A stretch of 64,000 nucleotides of DNA from Narcine bancroftii (GCF_036971445.1 NC_091474.1:135904001-135968000), one strand, 5' to 3'; shown: positions 13,758-27,118, numbered from the stretch's first letter. The notes: a model not told the origin generated them from the sequence alone. Made by a program: numbers and translations.

Positions 13758-14104
13758 TGTAGTATCCTATAAATCAGCATCCATGCTGATATATGATAAG
13801 TATCTTATGACGAGGCAATTATGCTAAGTCATTAACCTCTTTTTTGTCAATGATCTGTCAGTGGTTGTTGCATAATTAGTGCCAAAGGAATGTCTAATAT
13901 AACCATATATGGTAAAATGTAAGCACTGTACAGCCATGATCAAAATGCCTTGGAATGTGACGACTACACTTGGTCCATGTGTTATGTGAATAAACCACTT
14001 GAATTTTAGATCTCACTCGATCAAGTTGTGTGTCTTACCTCTGTTCTATTGATGAACTACTGGAACTTCAAACTATCCTCATAGTTTCTCCAATACACAA
14101 AACA
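13758..14104 (+). mobile_element. Probable solo LTR (~345 bp)
   Basis: TG...CA ends, internal AATAAA near 13989, flanked by a short duplicated (A)ACC within the host LINE. Confidence 0.55.
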
Positions 14105-15129
14105 ACCCTCTGGAGTTTATTCTTGTGCTGAGAGTTGGCGTCTCCATGCCAGGCAGTGATGCAACCAGCCAGAATGCTATCCATGGTAAACCTGTAGAAG
14201 ATTAAGAGAGTCTTGGGTGATGTACCGAATCTCCTCAGACACTTCACAAAATATAACCACTGGTAAGCCTTCTTTGTGATTGCATCGACATGGACACTCC
14301 AGGACAGATTCTCGTAAATGTTGACAACTAGGAACTTTAAGTTCTTGACCCTTTGCACTACTGAGCCCTCAATGAGGACTGGTCGTGTTCGCCTGACTTC
14401 CTCCTCAAGTTAAAAATCATTTTGATTTTGATGATGTTGAGTGCAAGGTCGTTGTCATTACACCATTCAACAAATTGATCCATTTCCCTCCTGCATGCTT
14501 CCTCATTGCCATTTATGATTCAACTGTGGTGTCATCGGCAAACTTGTAGATGGCACTGGAATTGTGCCTGGCCACACAGTCATGCGTGTATAATGACTAG
14601 AGCAGTGGGGTGCGCTTGTGTTGATAATCAGTGAGGAGGAGATGTTGTTTCCAATTCGTACTGACTGTGGTCTTCCAATGAAGAAGTCAAGGATCCAGTT
14701 GCAGAGTGGGGTACAGAGGCATAGGGTTTGAGCTTTTTGACCAGAACTGAGGGAATAATGGTATTGAAGGCCAAGCTGTAGTTGATGAAGGGCAGCCATA
14801 TAAATTAAATTGTTGTTTTTGAGGTAATCCAGAGCTGAGTGGAGAGCCAGTGATATTGCATCTTCTGTAGACCAATTGTGATGATAGGCAAATTGTAGCG
14901 GGTCCAGATCTTTGCTTAGGTACGTGCTAATTCTGGCCATGATCAGCATCTCAAAGCATTTCATCACAGTAGAAGTTAGTGCTACTGGGCAGTTGTCATT
15001 GAGGCAGCTCACACTACTCTTCTTGGATACCAGGATTGTTGATGCCTTTTTGAAGCAGGTGAGCACTTCTGACTGCAGCAATGAGAGGTATGTTGTCAGG
15101 GCTTGAGGCCTTGCGAGGATTCACCCTCT

Positions 15130-16195
15130 TGATAAAAAAAATCTTGTCCCCTTCATAATTCAAAGGTCTAATTTCTATCGCTCTTCTTATTGCTAAACCA
15201 AGAATTTTCTCTCTTTCCTGGTAGTTTAAAAATCTTATCATGATAGATCGAGGTCTCAAGGCTCTATGAGCTCTCTCAATTAAAATCTTATCCTCAAAAT
15301 GTTCTTCTCCAAATATTTTCAGTATCCATTCTTGAAAAAAAATCAGATCACTCTCGACCTTCTTTGCCTTCGGACATCCCCACAATTTTAAGATTGTTTC
15401 TTCTACTGTAATTTTCCAAAATGTCAACGTTCTCAAGCAATTTTTCATTCATAGAGATCAAACCAGTCATTGTATCTTCATTTATATTTGGCCTTTCTTC
15501 AATATGTTGTACTTCTTCACACACATCATGGATTTTCTCCTCCATTTTATCAACTCTTTGTGAAACATATTTATCAATTTAGTCATTTCTGTTCTGACTT
15601 GCTTCAATTCTGCAGATATAAGTTTAAAATTACTCTCCAATACATCAGAAAGTCTGTCTATTTTAGCTTCAATTTTATTCATTTTTTAATCTTTTTCTTG
15701 CCTTTCGATCTTTCTTCTTCTGAGCTTGACATTTCTTCTTCACTTCCATACTCTTCTGAGTCCTCTTCCATGGGAGAAGTATCAACCTCTTGTTCAGAAG
15801 TAGCGACGCCGGAGTGGCCCTTTAAAAGACTTGGGTTTTTTTTTTCAAATTTTTTTTCCCTCTACATCATGCATGCCCGACTTCTCGTGCATGCGCAATG
15901 CAGTCTTAACTTTTCCCCTGCTGCCATCTTTACAGGGTGCAGCAAAGAGAGCTCCAGAGGAAGGTACCTCTATTGGGTCCTCACTAGCAGATTCAGAACC
16001 AACTTCAGCAGCCTGCTTCATCGATAAAGTAGGCCTAAGTTCCCACTTGAATGATATTCTGATATTGCCCTCAGAGACAGATATCACAAGGACCTCAGCC
16101 TTTTCAGGGATTCAAGTAGGCACTGTTTGTTTTTCTTCTCAAAGCGGGCATAGAATGTGTTCAGCTCGTTGGGGAATCAAAGATCACAGCTATCT
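15130..16195 (-). mobile_element. L1/Tx1-clade 5' region and decayed ORF1
   Basis: LENYSRRNNLKIVGMSEG, KILIERAHRALRPRSIMIRFLNYQERE (Transposase_22/L1 ORF1p motifs). Confidence 0.75.
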
Positions 16196-17336
16196 ATAGT
16201 GTTCACCCTCGCTAAGTAGACTGTAATGGTCTGCACTCCCTGCCGTAGCTGATGTGTATCTGTCTCTGTCTCTACCTTCCTCTGGATTTGCCACTTTGCT
16301 TCAGAGATGTCCTTCCACAGGTTGTACTAGGACTTCTTGTAAAGATCCCAATCCCCGGGCTTAAAGACCCTTGTTCTTGCCCTCAGCATGTTGCAAATTC
16401 TCTGATTCGTCCAAGGCTTCTGGTTGGGGAACACCTGGGATGTGCACGTGGGCACACACTCATTCACACAGGTCTTGATGAAGTTGGTGGGTGACACCTG
16501 TTGCATATTCATTCAAGTCTACGAATGAGTCCTTGAATATGTTCCAATCCACCGATTCAAAGCAGTCCTGCAGACACTCCTCCGCCTCCCTCCACCATAC
16601 TTACGTCGTCTTCACGACTGGTGCTGTGGTCTTCAGTCTCTGCTTGTACACCAGGAGTAGAAATACAGCCAGATTATCAGACTTGCCAAAGTGTGGTCAT
16701 GCTCTCACTCGGTATGCGTTCTTCATGTTGGTGTAGCAGTGGTCTAGTGTGTTGGTTCCCCTGATCTTACTGTTGACCTATTTTTATAATATCTTTCCTA
16801 TAGCTTGGCGACCAAAACTGCACACAATATTCCAAGTGTGGTCTCAGCAAAATCTTGCATAACTGTAACATGACATCCCATCACTTGTATTCACTGCCCT
16901 GAATGACTGAATGAAGGCAAGCACCCAAATACTCTCTTCAGTACTCTTATCTATCTGTGCTGCACCTCAGGTTTTCTGCTCCATAACACCATTGAGGACA
17001 TTGCCATAAACAGATCAGACCTCCCTTGGTTCAATTTATCCAGATGCAGCATCTTGCTCTTCTCCAAGTTAAACACCTTTCATTCGTTAGTTCATCTGAT
17101 ACAGATCCAGATCCTATTACAAACCCAAGGTAACCTACTTCACTGTCCATTATTTTCGTGAGATCAGCAAACTTACCTTGCCACAAACAGGTTTCTCCAA
17201 ATCATGTGCTGTATTTATATTACAAAATGCAAGGGTCCTAGGATCCATCCCTGAGATACCACTGGTCACAGACCTCCGGTCTGAAAATTTGCCTTCTATA
17301 CAACCACTCTTTGACTCCAATCATAAAGCTCTAATC

Positions 17337-17710
17337 CAATGGTTCTCAACCTTTTTCTTTCCACTCACATACCACTTTAAGTATTTCTTATGCCATAGGT
17401 GCTCTGTGATTAGTAAATGATTGCTTAAGGTGGTATGTGGGTGGAAAGAAAAAGGTTGAAAACCACTGTTTTAATCATACCTAATTGACTTGTTATGTGC
17501 ACAGCTTTATAACTCCAAAGGAAATAGGCCAATGACAATTTTCTCAAGCAAAATATTTCAGTAACAATTGGGTCGAGAGCAGTGATTCTCAATCTTCCCT
17601 TCCCATTCACATACCACCTTAAGCAATCCCTTCCTAATCACAGAGCACTTATGGCATAGGGATTACTTAAAGTGGTATGAGGGTGGAAAGAAAACATTTG
17701 AGAAACACTG
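17337..17710. mobile_element. Compound hAT/Charlie-type MITE, copy 2
   Basis: Units 17337-17468 and 17580-17710; TSD CTCTAATC/CTCTAACC at 17329-17336 and 17711-17718; same spacer as copy 1. Confidence 0.8.
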
Positions 17711-18831
17711 CTCTAACCTTCCATAACAACCTACCATAGGAACCTTATCAAATTCTTTACTAAAATCCATATAAATACCTTGCCCTCATCTACCTTCTTT
17801 GTCAGTTCTTCAGAAAATTCTGTTAAGTTTTTGAGACACGATTCCCACACACAAATTCATGCTGGCTCTCCTTAATTTTTCCCTGCCATCCAAATGTTGA
17901 TTGATCCTATCTCTTAGAATCCTCCCTTGTAATTCCTTATCACTGATGTCAGACTCACAAATCTATAGTTACCCAGTTATGACGGCAACATATTTGCTAT
18001 CCTCCATTCTTCCAAAACTTCTCCTGTTCTCAGCAATGAGTTAAAAGTGTCTTGTCAAGGCCCCATCGATTTATTTCCTGTTTTCTCACAATGTTCTGGG
18101 ATGAACCTTGTTTGGACCTGAAGATTTATGCACCTTAATACAATCTAAAACTGCTAACACCTCTTCACTACTGATGCAGTTATCTTTAGTTACTTCTCTC
18201 ACCTACCACTCCTGGCCACAGTAAATACTTTCACAAATTATTCTTTTAAGATCTTCTCCATCTCATCCAGCTTGACACAGAGATTCCCACCCTCATCCTT
18301 CAAGAGACATGTTCTTTCCCTCATGACTCTTGTTCTTAATATTCATACAATATTTTTGTATTCTCACTTACACTGTCTGCCAAAGCCATTCTCAAAACCT
18401 CCTTATATGAGAGGCACTGGACAAAAGTAGTGACTCTGTCTGCCTTACGGTGGATAAAAGTTAAAGAATTTCATTTATGTTACATTCTAAATGTAGTATT
18501 ATTTGACAATAGTGGAACCTTTTATTTTCCCCTTCTTTCTCCCTATTCTCTTCAAAGGATTCCTTAGAATCAGTCTGTCAAAATATGATATATGCTTTTT
18601 TCTAGAGTGTGCCTCTCTAACTCTTGTTAACCAAGGGGCTCCTTCACTTTGCCATTCCTGCCTTTTAACATACTGGGAACATCTTCATCCTAAACCATCC
18701 TTATTACACTCCAAAACATCTCTCATTTGGCAGTCGTGCTTTTACTTTCTAACATTTGTGCCCAATCAGCCATTGCTAACTCCTTGGCCTTGCCCCAATT
18801 TAGAATTCCAACTTCAGGACCAATGTTATGC

Positions 18832-19173
18832 TTTTTTTTGAATATTTTATTTTATTTTCCAAACTTAAACTCAAACAGTTATCAACATTATCAATGTCAA
18901 TGTTAACAGTATCAGCATTGACTACAGTTATCAATTTTATACAATTTTCTGCAGAGTTCAAGCTCTTTTCATCCCCCTCCCTCCCCACCTCCCATGTTTA
19001 ACACTTAACTAACCACAGTTACACATAACATTCAAGACACTCACAACAAAGTTATAAGACATATATCAGGGTTTTATGGGTTTTCTTCTCTTGAGGTTTC
19101 CTTGTTGGGATGGGATAGAAACCCCCCCCACCACCACTGATTGAGGGATAGACGGGGAAAGTAGGGCGGTGAA
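18832..19173 (-). mobile_element. L1-type 3' UTR/poly(A) tail fragment
   Basis: Minus-strand tail AAAATAAAATATTCAAAAAAAA as in the L1 ending 36528; TSD GACCAATGTTAT at 18818-18829 and 19174-19185. Confidence 0.7.
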
Positions 19174-20744
19174 GACCAATGTTATCCCTTTCCATAACTC
19201 TCTTAAAACTAATAAAATTGTGGTCATTGGCCCCAAGTTAATCCCTACAGATACTTCAGTTACTTGACCAGCTTCACTCCCTAGTACAAGGTTCAATGTT
19301 GCCCCTTCCCATTTTCTTTTGCACACACTGTATAAAGTCCACCCCATCCAATCCTCTAACACTTTTGCATTCCTAGTCAATGTTGGGTAAGTTAAAATCA
19401 CCGATAATAACAGTTTTGCTACTTTTACAGACATCACCAATCTCTCAATATATTTGATCCTTTAGCTCCTGTTATCTGTTTCATGGCTGATAGTATACAC
19501 TCATCAAAGTAACTATTCCCTTTTGGTTCCTGATTTCTACCCACATTGCCTCACATGATTGTTCTCTAGTAATATCCTCTCTAAAGACTACTGTGATATC
19601 TTTGACTAATATTATAACCCTCTCATTTCTTTTCCTAATGTTCCTCTCACACCTGTAACTTTGGTTTCCAGGAACATTGAGCTGCCATGTCCTGATCTCC
19701 TTCAACCACCTCACCATGATGGTTACAACCCATTGTTCTGTACCAATCCACACACTCAACTTGTCCATTTTTCCCATCAGGGTTCTTACATTAAAATAAA
19801 CACTATATTTATCTTTCTTGCCTCAATACTTGTTTCTTCACTGTCCCATTCTGCTTAATGCACTTCCTTATCGTTCCTTGCTATCTTTAACCTTTTCAAT
19901 CTTTTTCCCCCATCTTGGATCCCATCTCCCACCAGATTAATTTAAAGCTTCCTGAGTGAATCTAACAAATTACTCTACCAGAATATTGGACCCTCTGGTA
20001 CAAGTGTGACCCACCTCTCTTATTCAGGTCACCTCTATCGCAGAAGAGATTACAGTTGTATAAAAATATGACCATGTCACTCTTGCACCAACTGTTTAGC
20101 CACATGTTCACGTTTTCTTAGCTATTTCTACTCTCACTGGCCTGTGATGTTGGTAATAATCCAGGGATTAGTACCTTGAAGGATTTGTTTTTAAACTTGC
20201 ATCATAATTCCCCATTCATTTTGCAACACCTCACCCCTTTCAATGCCTACGTCATTAGTACCAACTTATAATACGGCTTCTGTCTTCTTGCCCTTTAAGA
20301 ATGCTGTGGATGTGATCTGAGACATCCTTAAACTGGACACCCAGGAGGCAACATACTATCTGGGAGCTTCCATCTTGTTCACGTGATCCCCTGTCAGTCC
20401 CCTCTGACTGTTGAATCATTATTGCTTTCCCTTTCTTCAATTCCCTTCTGAGCCTCAGTACTAGACTCAGTATGATGGACGTGGCTGCTGTGACTTCTTA
20501 CTGGTAGGTCATGCCTCCCAAAAACCTAAAACGTTATACTTGTTACTGAGAGGAATGGCCCCAGGGGCTTCCAGCTCTCTCAGAACTACACCCTCTACCT
20601 TTCTGGGTGGTTACCTAGCTACTCCTTGTCTATACCTTCAGCAAAATCAACTCACTAAAGCTCTTACCTATTATGTCCTCAGTATCTCAAATGACCTACA
20701 GTAAGTCCAGCTGCAACACCAGTTCCTTATCTAGTCAGTCAGGA

Positions 20745-21318
20745 CGGCTCCTAGAACGCTTCCACCAGCGTTGTCTCCGCTCCATCCTCAACATTCATTG
20801 GAGCGACTTCATCCCTAACATGGAAGTACTCGAGATGGCAGAGGCCGACAGCATCGAGTCCACGCTGCTGAAGATCCAGCTACGCTGGGTGGGTCACGTC
20901 TCCAGAATGGAGGACCATCGCCTTCCCAAGATCGTGTTGTATGGCGAGCTCTCCACTGGCCACCGTGACAGAGGTGCACCAAAGAAGAGGTACAAGGACT
21001 GCCTAAAGAAATCTCTTGGTGCCTGCCACATTGACCACCGCCAGTGGGCTGATATCGCCTCAAACCGTGCATCTTGGCACCTCACAGTTCGGCGGGCAGC
21101 AACCTCCTTTGAAGAAGACCGCAGAGCCCACCTCACTGACAAAAGAAAAAGGAGGAAAAACCCAACACCCAACCCCAACCAAACAATTTTCCCCTGCAAC
21201 CACTGCAACCGTGTCTGCCTGTCCCGCATCGGACTTGTCAGCCACAATCGAGCCTGCAGCTGACGTGGACTTTTACCCCCTCCATAAATCTTCATCCGCG
21301 AAGCCAAGCCAAAGAAAG
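20745..21318 (+). mobile_element. 5'-truncated RTE-clade LINE (ORF C-terminus with terminal Cys/His finger)
   Basis: LERFHQRCLRSILNIHW, QLRWVGHVSRM..RLPK..LYGEL, FPCNHCNRVCLSRIGLVSH; stop-free and CpG-rich. Confidence 0.88.
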
Positions 21319-22514
21319 AGTTGTTTGGAACAATTTTCCACACACTGTGGGAGGAGAATTGAACTCTACCTGCCATCTTATCTGCATGAACCACTGAAAA
21401 GAAAAGCAATGGCAAGCATTATCTTAATCTATCCTGCTGTAGTCCTGACGAAGCTTGACAAAGCCTCTCGAGCTGAAGCTTCAATGTTCATCTCTTATAA
21501 AGGCCGCTCCAAAGTTGCCACTCTACTTAACCTTTATCTTTTTGTTATTGACAGATGTTAATTAACTAGTTAGCTGAACAATAAGACTTGCCTTTTTAAA
21601 CTGATCTGACACTCTTTCTGACTTCTTGGAATTCAAACACTAACAATAAAGAAGAAATACAAATAGTTGTAGGATATTTGGCTCCTTGCATTGCTCTACC
21701 ATTCATTATGTGCCAATTTTCTGTATTAATCCCATATCTTTTCATTTACAGAGAAGATACAAATTGATACAAAAGCTGCAGAAGCTGGAAGCCAACCATT
21801 TTAACTTCCCAACCATTCCTACAATGACATCTATGTCCTTGGCCTCATCCATTGTTGGTCCAAAGCTCAACAAAAACTTAAGAAACAACACATCATATTG
21901 CTCCTGGACAGCCTTGAACCTATTGGCATGGGCATTGACTTCTCTAATTTTATGTAGCCCTAACATCATCTGATTCCACTGTTCCCATTTCTTTATCTAC
22001 TTATTTTCTTGCTTTCTCCCTAACTTTTCTTTCCCCACCCACTTCCTAATGGTTTCTCACTATATCTCTCTCTTCACCTTCTGTCCTAAATATTCTCTTG
22101 TCCTTCCCCCAGTTTCTTTCCCTTTATATATTTGTGTGTGTAATTTCATCTCTTCCATATAAATCTTGATAATGGATTCACATCTGAAATATTACTATTC
22201 ATGGATGCTGCTTGACCTGCTGAGTTCCTCCAGGAATTCTTTGATAACTTGAGTAGCCTTGTTGACTTTTTGGCCCTGTCTGCCAATCTATTAGATCAGG
22301 GGTGACCTGTTTGGAACCTCATCTCTAAATTCCCACTTTCATTCTGTATTTAATGCACTTGAGATGTGAATGGCCCTTCAGTATCCATTTGCAAGTATCC
22401 CTTTGGGAAATTCAACTCAATTTTTTAACAATAAATTTGAAATATATTTTATAATGCATTATAATTAAGTAAAGATGCTTATGTTTATTGATTTCTGATA
22501 TTTTTTTTCCAAAG

Positions 22515-24690
22515 ACTTGGATGTTCCCTGGAGTGGAGTTCAGAATATAAGAAGATCTTCTTTTTCTGTCAAACTGGAAAAATCAGACTCAAAAGATTGT
22601 AACCCTTCAAGTTGTTCTAGTCCTGATTTTAAAGTAAGACCAGCAAGCATCTATCATGTTAAACATACTGAAAGTGAGAAGCCACTAACAAAACAGCACA
22701 AGACAAAAGCTGAGGAGCACAGCAAATCAAAAGTGGCAAAACTTAAGAAGACAATTAAATCTGACAACAGCAAAAAATTAGTCAAACAAAACTCCAAGGA
22801 TTCAGTGGTACTGGTTGGCTATAAGTGCTTAAAAAATTCAAACTTGGGAGATTCCTGTAAATCTGAAGCCGGGCTTTCATTATATCCAAAAGGTGGGCAG
22901 GTTCCCACAAACAGAGAACCTGATAATGGTGCAAAAGTAAATAATGAACTGTTAAGTCAACCTAAAGAACTGATACCACTTCCATCAAGTACAGAAAACA
23001 ATGCAGAAACTATTAAAACTAAAAATCTCAATGAATTTAGTTGCAGCATTAATCATAACAACATGGAAGCTTACACTCTTTCATCATCAGGTGTATTCCA
23101 GGCAGGTCCTGGGACTTCAACTGCATGCACAAGATCTGCGAAAAGTTCATTGGATTGTTCAAATAGGCAGCAAATAACACCAGCTTCAGAATTTCAATAT
23201 ATTCAAGTCAGACAGCAGTCTAAATGTACATATGAAGGTGAAAAATTAACAGGTCCCAAGATCCCTGTTAAAAATGAAGACCAAGGGATTTGCCCATCTT
23301 CTAAACCTAATTATTTACCATTGGAAAAAGGTCCACTGCACCCTGTAGCTTCTGAAAGTGCATTACTTAATTCAATGCCTTTGAATTTGGTTGTGAGTGG
23401 AGATGCTGTTAAATTGCCAGATGTTTATGTCACTTGCTCTTCATCCAGAATTTCAGATTCAGGCAATGAAAGTGAACCTAATTCTTCTGCATTTCAGCCA
23501 GATTCAGAACTAGCCTCTGAGCCAGCAGTGGAAAAGGCTGTATATAATGAAAAATCTTGCATGCAGCTACTCCTTAAACCAGAATTAAGTTTGAGGAATA
23601 TGATTGAAGGCCATTTCACAGAAAGTACAAGTGCTGTAAGTGAAATACAATCATCTTTGACGTCTATAAATTCCTTGCCATCAGATGATGAAGATGCAAA
23701 TGCAATTAATGAAAGTTTGAAAGCTGCTGCCGATCTTGCACAACAAACCATCAATGAACAACCAAAGTTCGTAACAGCTGAAATAGACCAGTTAAAATCA
23801 AAAATGAAAAAAACAGATGTCATAGTTCAAGAGGAAAATATTGCATTCTTTGAATGTTCAGGGTCCACAATATCAGCTCCTCATGCTTCTGTATTTTCTG
23901 AAGAGATTTTTAACCCTGTAGTTGGTCAGAAAAATAACACCAAGAATCAACAAGAAGATGTTGGTTGTGCTAATATTTTTAAAGATAATCAAGACTTTGA
24001 TGAAGAATTCAGTTTGGAAAAAGTAACCACAAAACACATCATTAAACTGAACTCTGAAGTTATTCGTCTTGATGAGCCAAGCTGTCCTACCTCAGATGTG
24101 ACAGAAATTGGCCAGAGTGCAGATCCAGAATTGCATTCCAAAGAACTTGCAGATGTAATTCAGGTATTTGAAATTCCATTTTTCCAGGATGCAGATGACA
24201 TAAAGCAGACAAACCTTTCGGCTGCCAGCAGCATTGACATTGTGAAGCAAGGATTAGTGGAGAATTATTTTGGATCAAGAAGCAGCACTGATCTTTTTGA
24301 TAGTAGTCCTGCTGGTTGTGGCAGCAGCCCCACAAGCTCTCAAAAAGAAACTTTTGACCCTTTTACTCTTGCACAAGTTGAAGATGAGGAGGAACAAGAA
24401 ATGATCGAAAATGGTTATTATGAAGCTGACGATGATGCTGCCTGTGATGGAAATGATGTGGTGAGATCAGAGCTAATTAATGTTGATCACACCACAGGGG
24501 CCAGCTTGCCTGGTCCATGCATTCCGACTTGTTTATCATTTTCCTCAATTACTAGAGATTCCCCATCTATCAGTGGATTGTCTTTAAGTAAACTTGATCC
24601 AATTACAAACCAACCAATTGGTGCTGTCTCTAGCTCTGCTCTATCAGTTTCCTGGTATGGTGATGCAGCTTCAAAAGAACAAATGCACAT
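22515..24690 (+). CDS. FAM135A: FAM135A large (2176 nt) exon encoding a Ser/acidic-rich, probably disordered region
   Basis: Poly-T tract + aaag| acceptor; G+AC gives DLDVPW; stop-free; contains KQNSKDSVVLVGYKCLK, SSRISDSGNESEP, TESTSAVSEIQSSLTSINSLPSDDE and DIVKQGLVENYFGS, typical of FAM135A rather than FAM135B; AT|gtaagt donor. Confidence 0.95.
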
Positions 24691-25010
24691 GTAAGTAATT
24701 TTTCTTTCAGATATTCATCTCATTGCAATAAGAGAACTCTGTGACTACTGACGAATAATGTACTTCTATATAATTTTGGGGTAACATTGAGCCAAAGTGA
24801 TTTTGTCAGCCAGAGGAAATAAAAGATCTTATTCAGAGTTAAACAGGAGAGTTTTGTCAGCATCATGAGTAAGATTTATCCCTCATTAAATAACAGAAGA
24901 TTAATTTGTGTGTTTTACTGTTTATGGTGAGACGCTGCTGCTCAGATTGGCTAGTACATTTTCCAGCATTACAACAATAACTGTGAAAGCACATTAGTAC
25001 TTATAAAGTA

Positions 25011-25481
25011 CAGGTACACAATCCTTTATCCAGAACCCTTGGGGGACAGTGTGTTCTGAATTTCAGATTTTTCTGGATTTTAGAACAAAAGCCAGCTGCC
25101 CCAGATTTAAGCCCACCTGAATTGTGATGCCGTATCCACCCCCTTCCAGTCGCACTGGCGTCTCTCTCTCCCCCCACCCACCCGAGTCACGCTGCCGTCT
25201 CTCTCCCCCCGCCTGCCCGAGTCGCGCTGCCATCTCACTCCCCCCCCCCGCCCGAGTCCCGCTGCCGTCTCTCCTCTCCCCATCTGCCTGAGTCGCACTG
25301 TCGTCTCTTCTCCCCCCGCCCACCCAAGTTGCGCTGCAGCCTCTCTTCCCCCCCCCCCCCCCGCCCACCCGAGTCACACTGCCGTCTCTCTCTCTCCCTC
25401 TGCTGTACCAGCACCAGGAAAAAAATGCCGGTTTTTGGAGCTTTCCGGATCTTAGATGTCGGATAAAGGATTGTGTACCTG
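25011..25481. mobile_element. Tigger/pogo-like MITE carrying an internal GC-rich minisatellite
   Basis: Perfect 21-bp TIR CAGGTACACAATCCTTTATCC, TA on both flanks; ~33-bp CCCGAGTCGCGCTGCCGTCTCTCTCCCCC-like repeats at about 25140-25395. Confidence 0.85.
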
Positions 25482-26929
25482 TATTTGTAGACATTGTGGG
25501 TCTATGTAAAACATGCTACGTAAAGTGCTTTGCTTGAGTGTCTGCCTGCCTGCCCAATCTTAACTATCTCTCTTCTTTCCCTTCCCTTCCCCTCCAACTT
25601 TCCTTCACTTGCCTTTCCTAACCATCAGCTTGCTTCTTACCTTTCATTGCATTTTTAACTTGATATGGTATTTCTGGACCAACGACATGTTTAATTAAAC
25701 ATTCTAAGAAAACTATCTGAAGTCACCTTTTACCTTTTGGATTGTTCAGTCTCTGATTTCATCCAGCCTCTGTTAGGACAGCCGTTCTAAAATGTCAGTG
25801 TCTTCACTGGCCCTTTGGACTAATTTCTACCATTTGTAGAAATGGTAGCTTGGGAATGACAATCTTATGCAAGTTAATATTCAGAAAGAGCTCAACAAAA
25901 AGAAGAAACCCGTACATTTCATGGAACATTTGCAAAGAGATCCAGATTTACTGTGATCTCACATGGAAACAAAATCTTGATGGAACTAGTATGATATCAG
26001 AATTTTGTTGTAAGAATTATTATTTTCATTGAAGAAATTTGTATAAATACAGGCATACCCTATATAATTCTTTTTTTTTAATATGTAGTGTTGGTTTTGA
26101 TGTAACACAGTGTATAATTTTAATATAGTAATATAATTTTAGAAGAGTAATGACTATATCAACAAAATTAATTAGTTATTAATTTTAATTGTTAATTTAA
26201 AAATTGTTAATTTGGTCTCTGTTCTATAACACTCTCCAGGACTCTTCTGTTTACTGATCAAAAAAGTCCTGACCTAGTTTAACTTATCCAGATGCAAGAC
26301 CTCACACTTGTCTGAGTTAAATTCCATATTCCATTCCTTGGCCCATGTTCCCAGTTCATTCAGATCCTTTTATAGTCTCAAATAACCTAGTCACTGTCCA
26401 TTAAGCCATCAATTTTGGTGTCATCCATAAATTTACTAACCTTGGACATCCAAGTCATTAAAAAAAGATGACAATCAAAAGTGGACCTACCAACGATCCC
26501 ATCAGCACAGTATTAAATCACAGGGCTCCAATTTGATTAACTCTCTACAACCATGCCTACCCCCAAACCAATTCTGTATCCAATTGACCAACTAACTCTG
26601 GATCCAATGTTGCCAAGATTTAATTGCTCTCTTCATCCTTTGTTCTTTCCATACTTTATTCTTCCATTACTTTACACAAAAGCTGTGAGTTTTGGTGCTT
26701 GGGAGAAGTCACTAAACTGCTTCCAGATTTCTCAAAAAGCATTTGAGCTTTGAGTGTTAATTTTAATGACTTTATGAACAAAATGATTCATTGATTGTGG
26801 AAATTGAGTAACAGTTACATGTAAGGGGGACAATGTACAGCAAGGAATATGACATGGCAATTAGATTAGATAATGGATTTTAAAAGCATGAATTGCAAAA
26901 ATTTAAGTTCAAGTTGCTAAAATTGCTAA

Positions 26930-27118
<189 letters not shown>

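Larger units (their letters stand above)
13388..16770 (-). mobile_element. Long Rex1/Babar-type LINE remnant, hosting a solo LTR (13758-14104) and an L1 ORF1 fragment (15130-16195)
   Basis: Minus ORFs PVALTSTVMKCFE, LDPLQFAY, LCNWILDFFIGRPQSVRIG, FPNQKPW; sequence continues across both inserts. Confidence 0.8.
16790..20740 (-). mobile_element. Near full-length decayed CR1 LINE (ORF1 esterase-like, endonuclease, RT remnants) with nested inserts
   Basis: Minus ORFs VCCLLGVQFKDVSDHIHSILKG (CR1 ORF1 SGNH-like), WQLNVPG...EAMWVEIRNQKG...VYYQP (CR1 APE), ATLNLVLGSEAGQV. Confidence 0.7.

Noticed and set aside
20673-21263. 196-aa ORF as a zinc-finger gene
   Set aside because: The N-terminal 24 aa are read-through from flanking CR1 sequence; the rest is an RTE ORF C-terminus.
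22517-24694. 725-aa ORF as a standalone novel gene
   Set aside because: It starts at TTG two bases after a splice acceptor and its stop lies in the GTAAGT donor; it is the large internal FAM135A exon.
25140-25395. CRISPR-like repeat array
   Set aside because: Degenerate head-to-tail minisatellite with no unique spacers, inside a TA-flanked MITE in a vertebrate intron; no cas genes.
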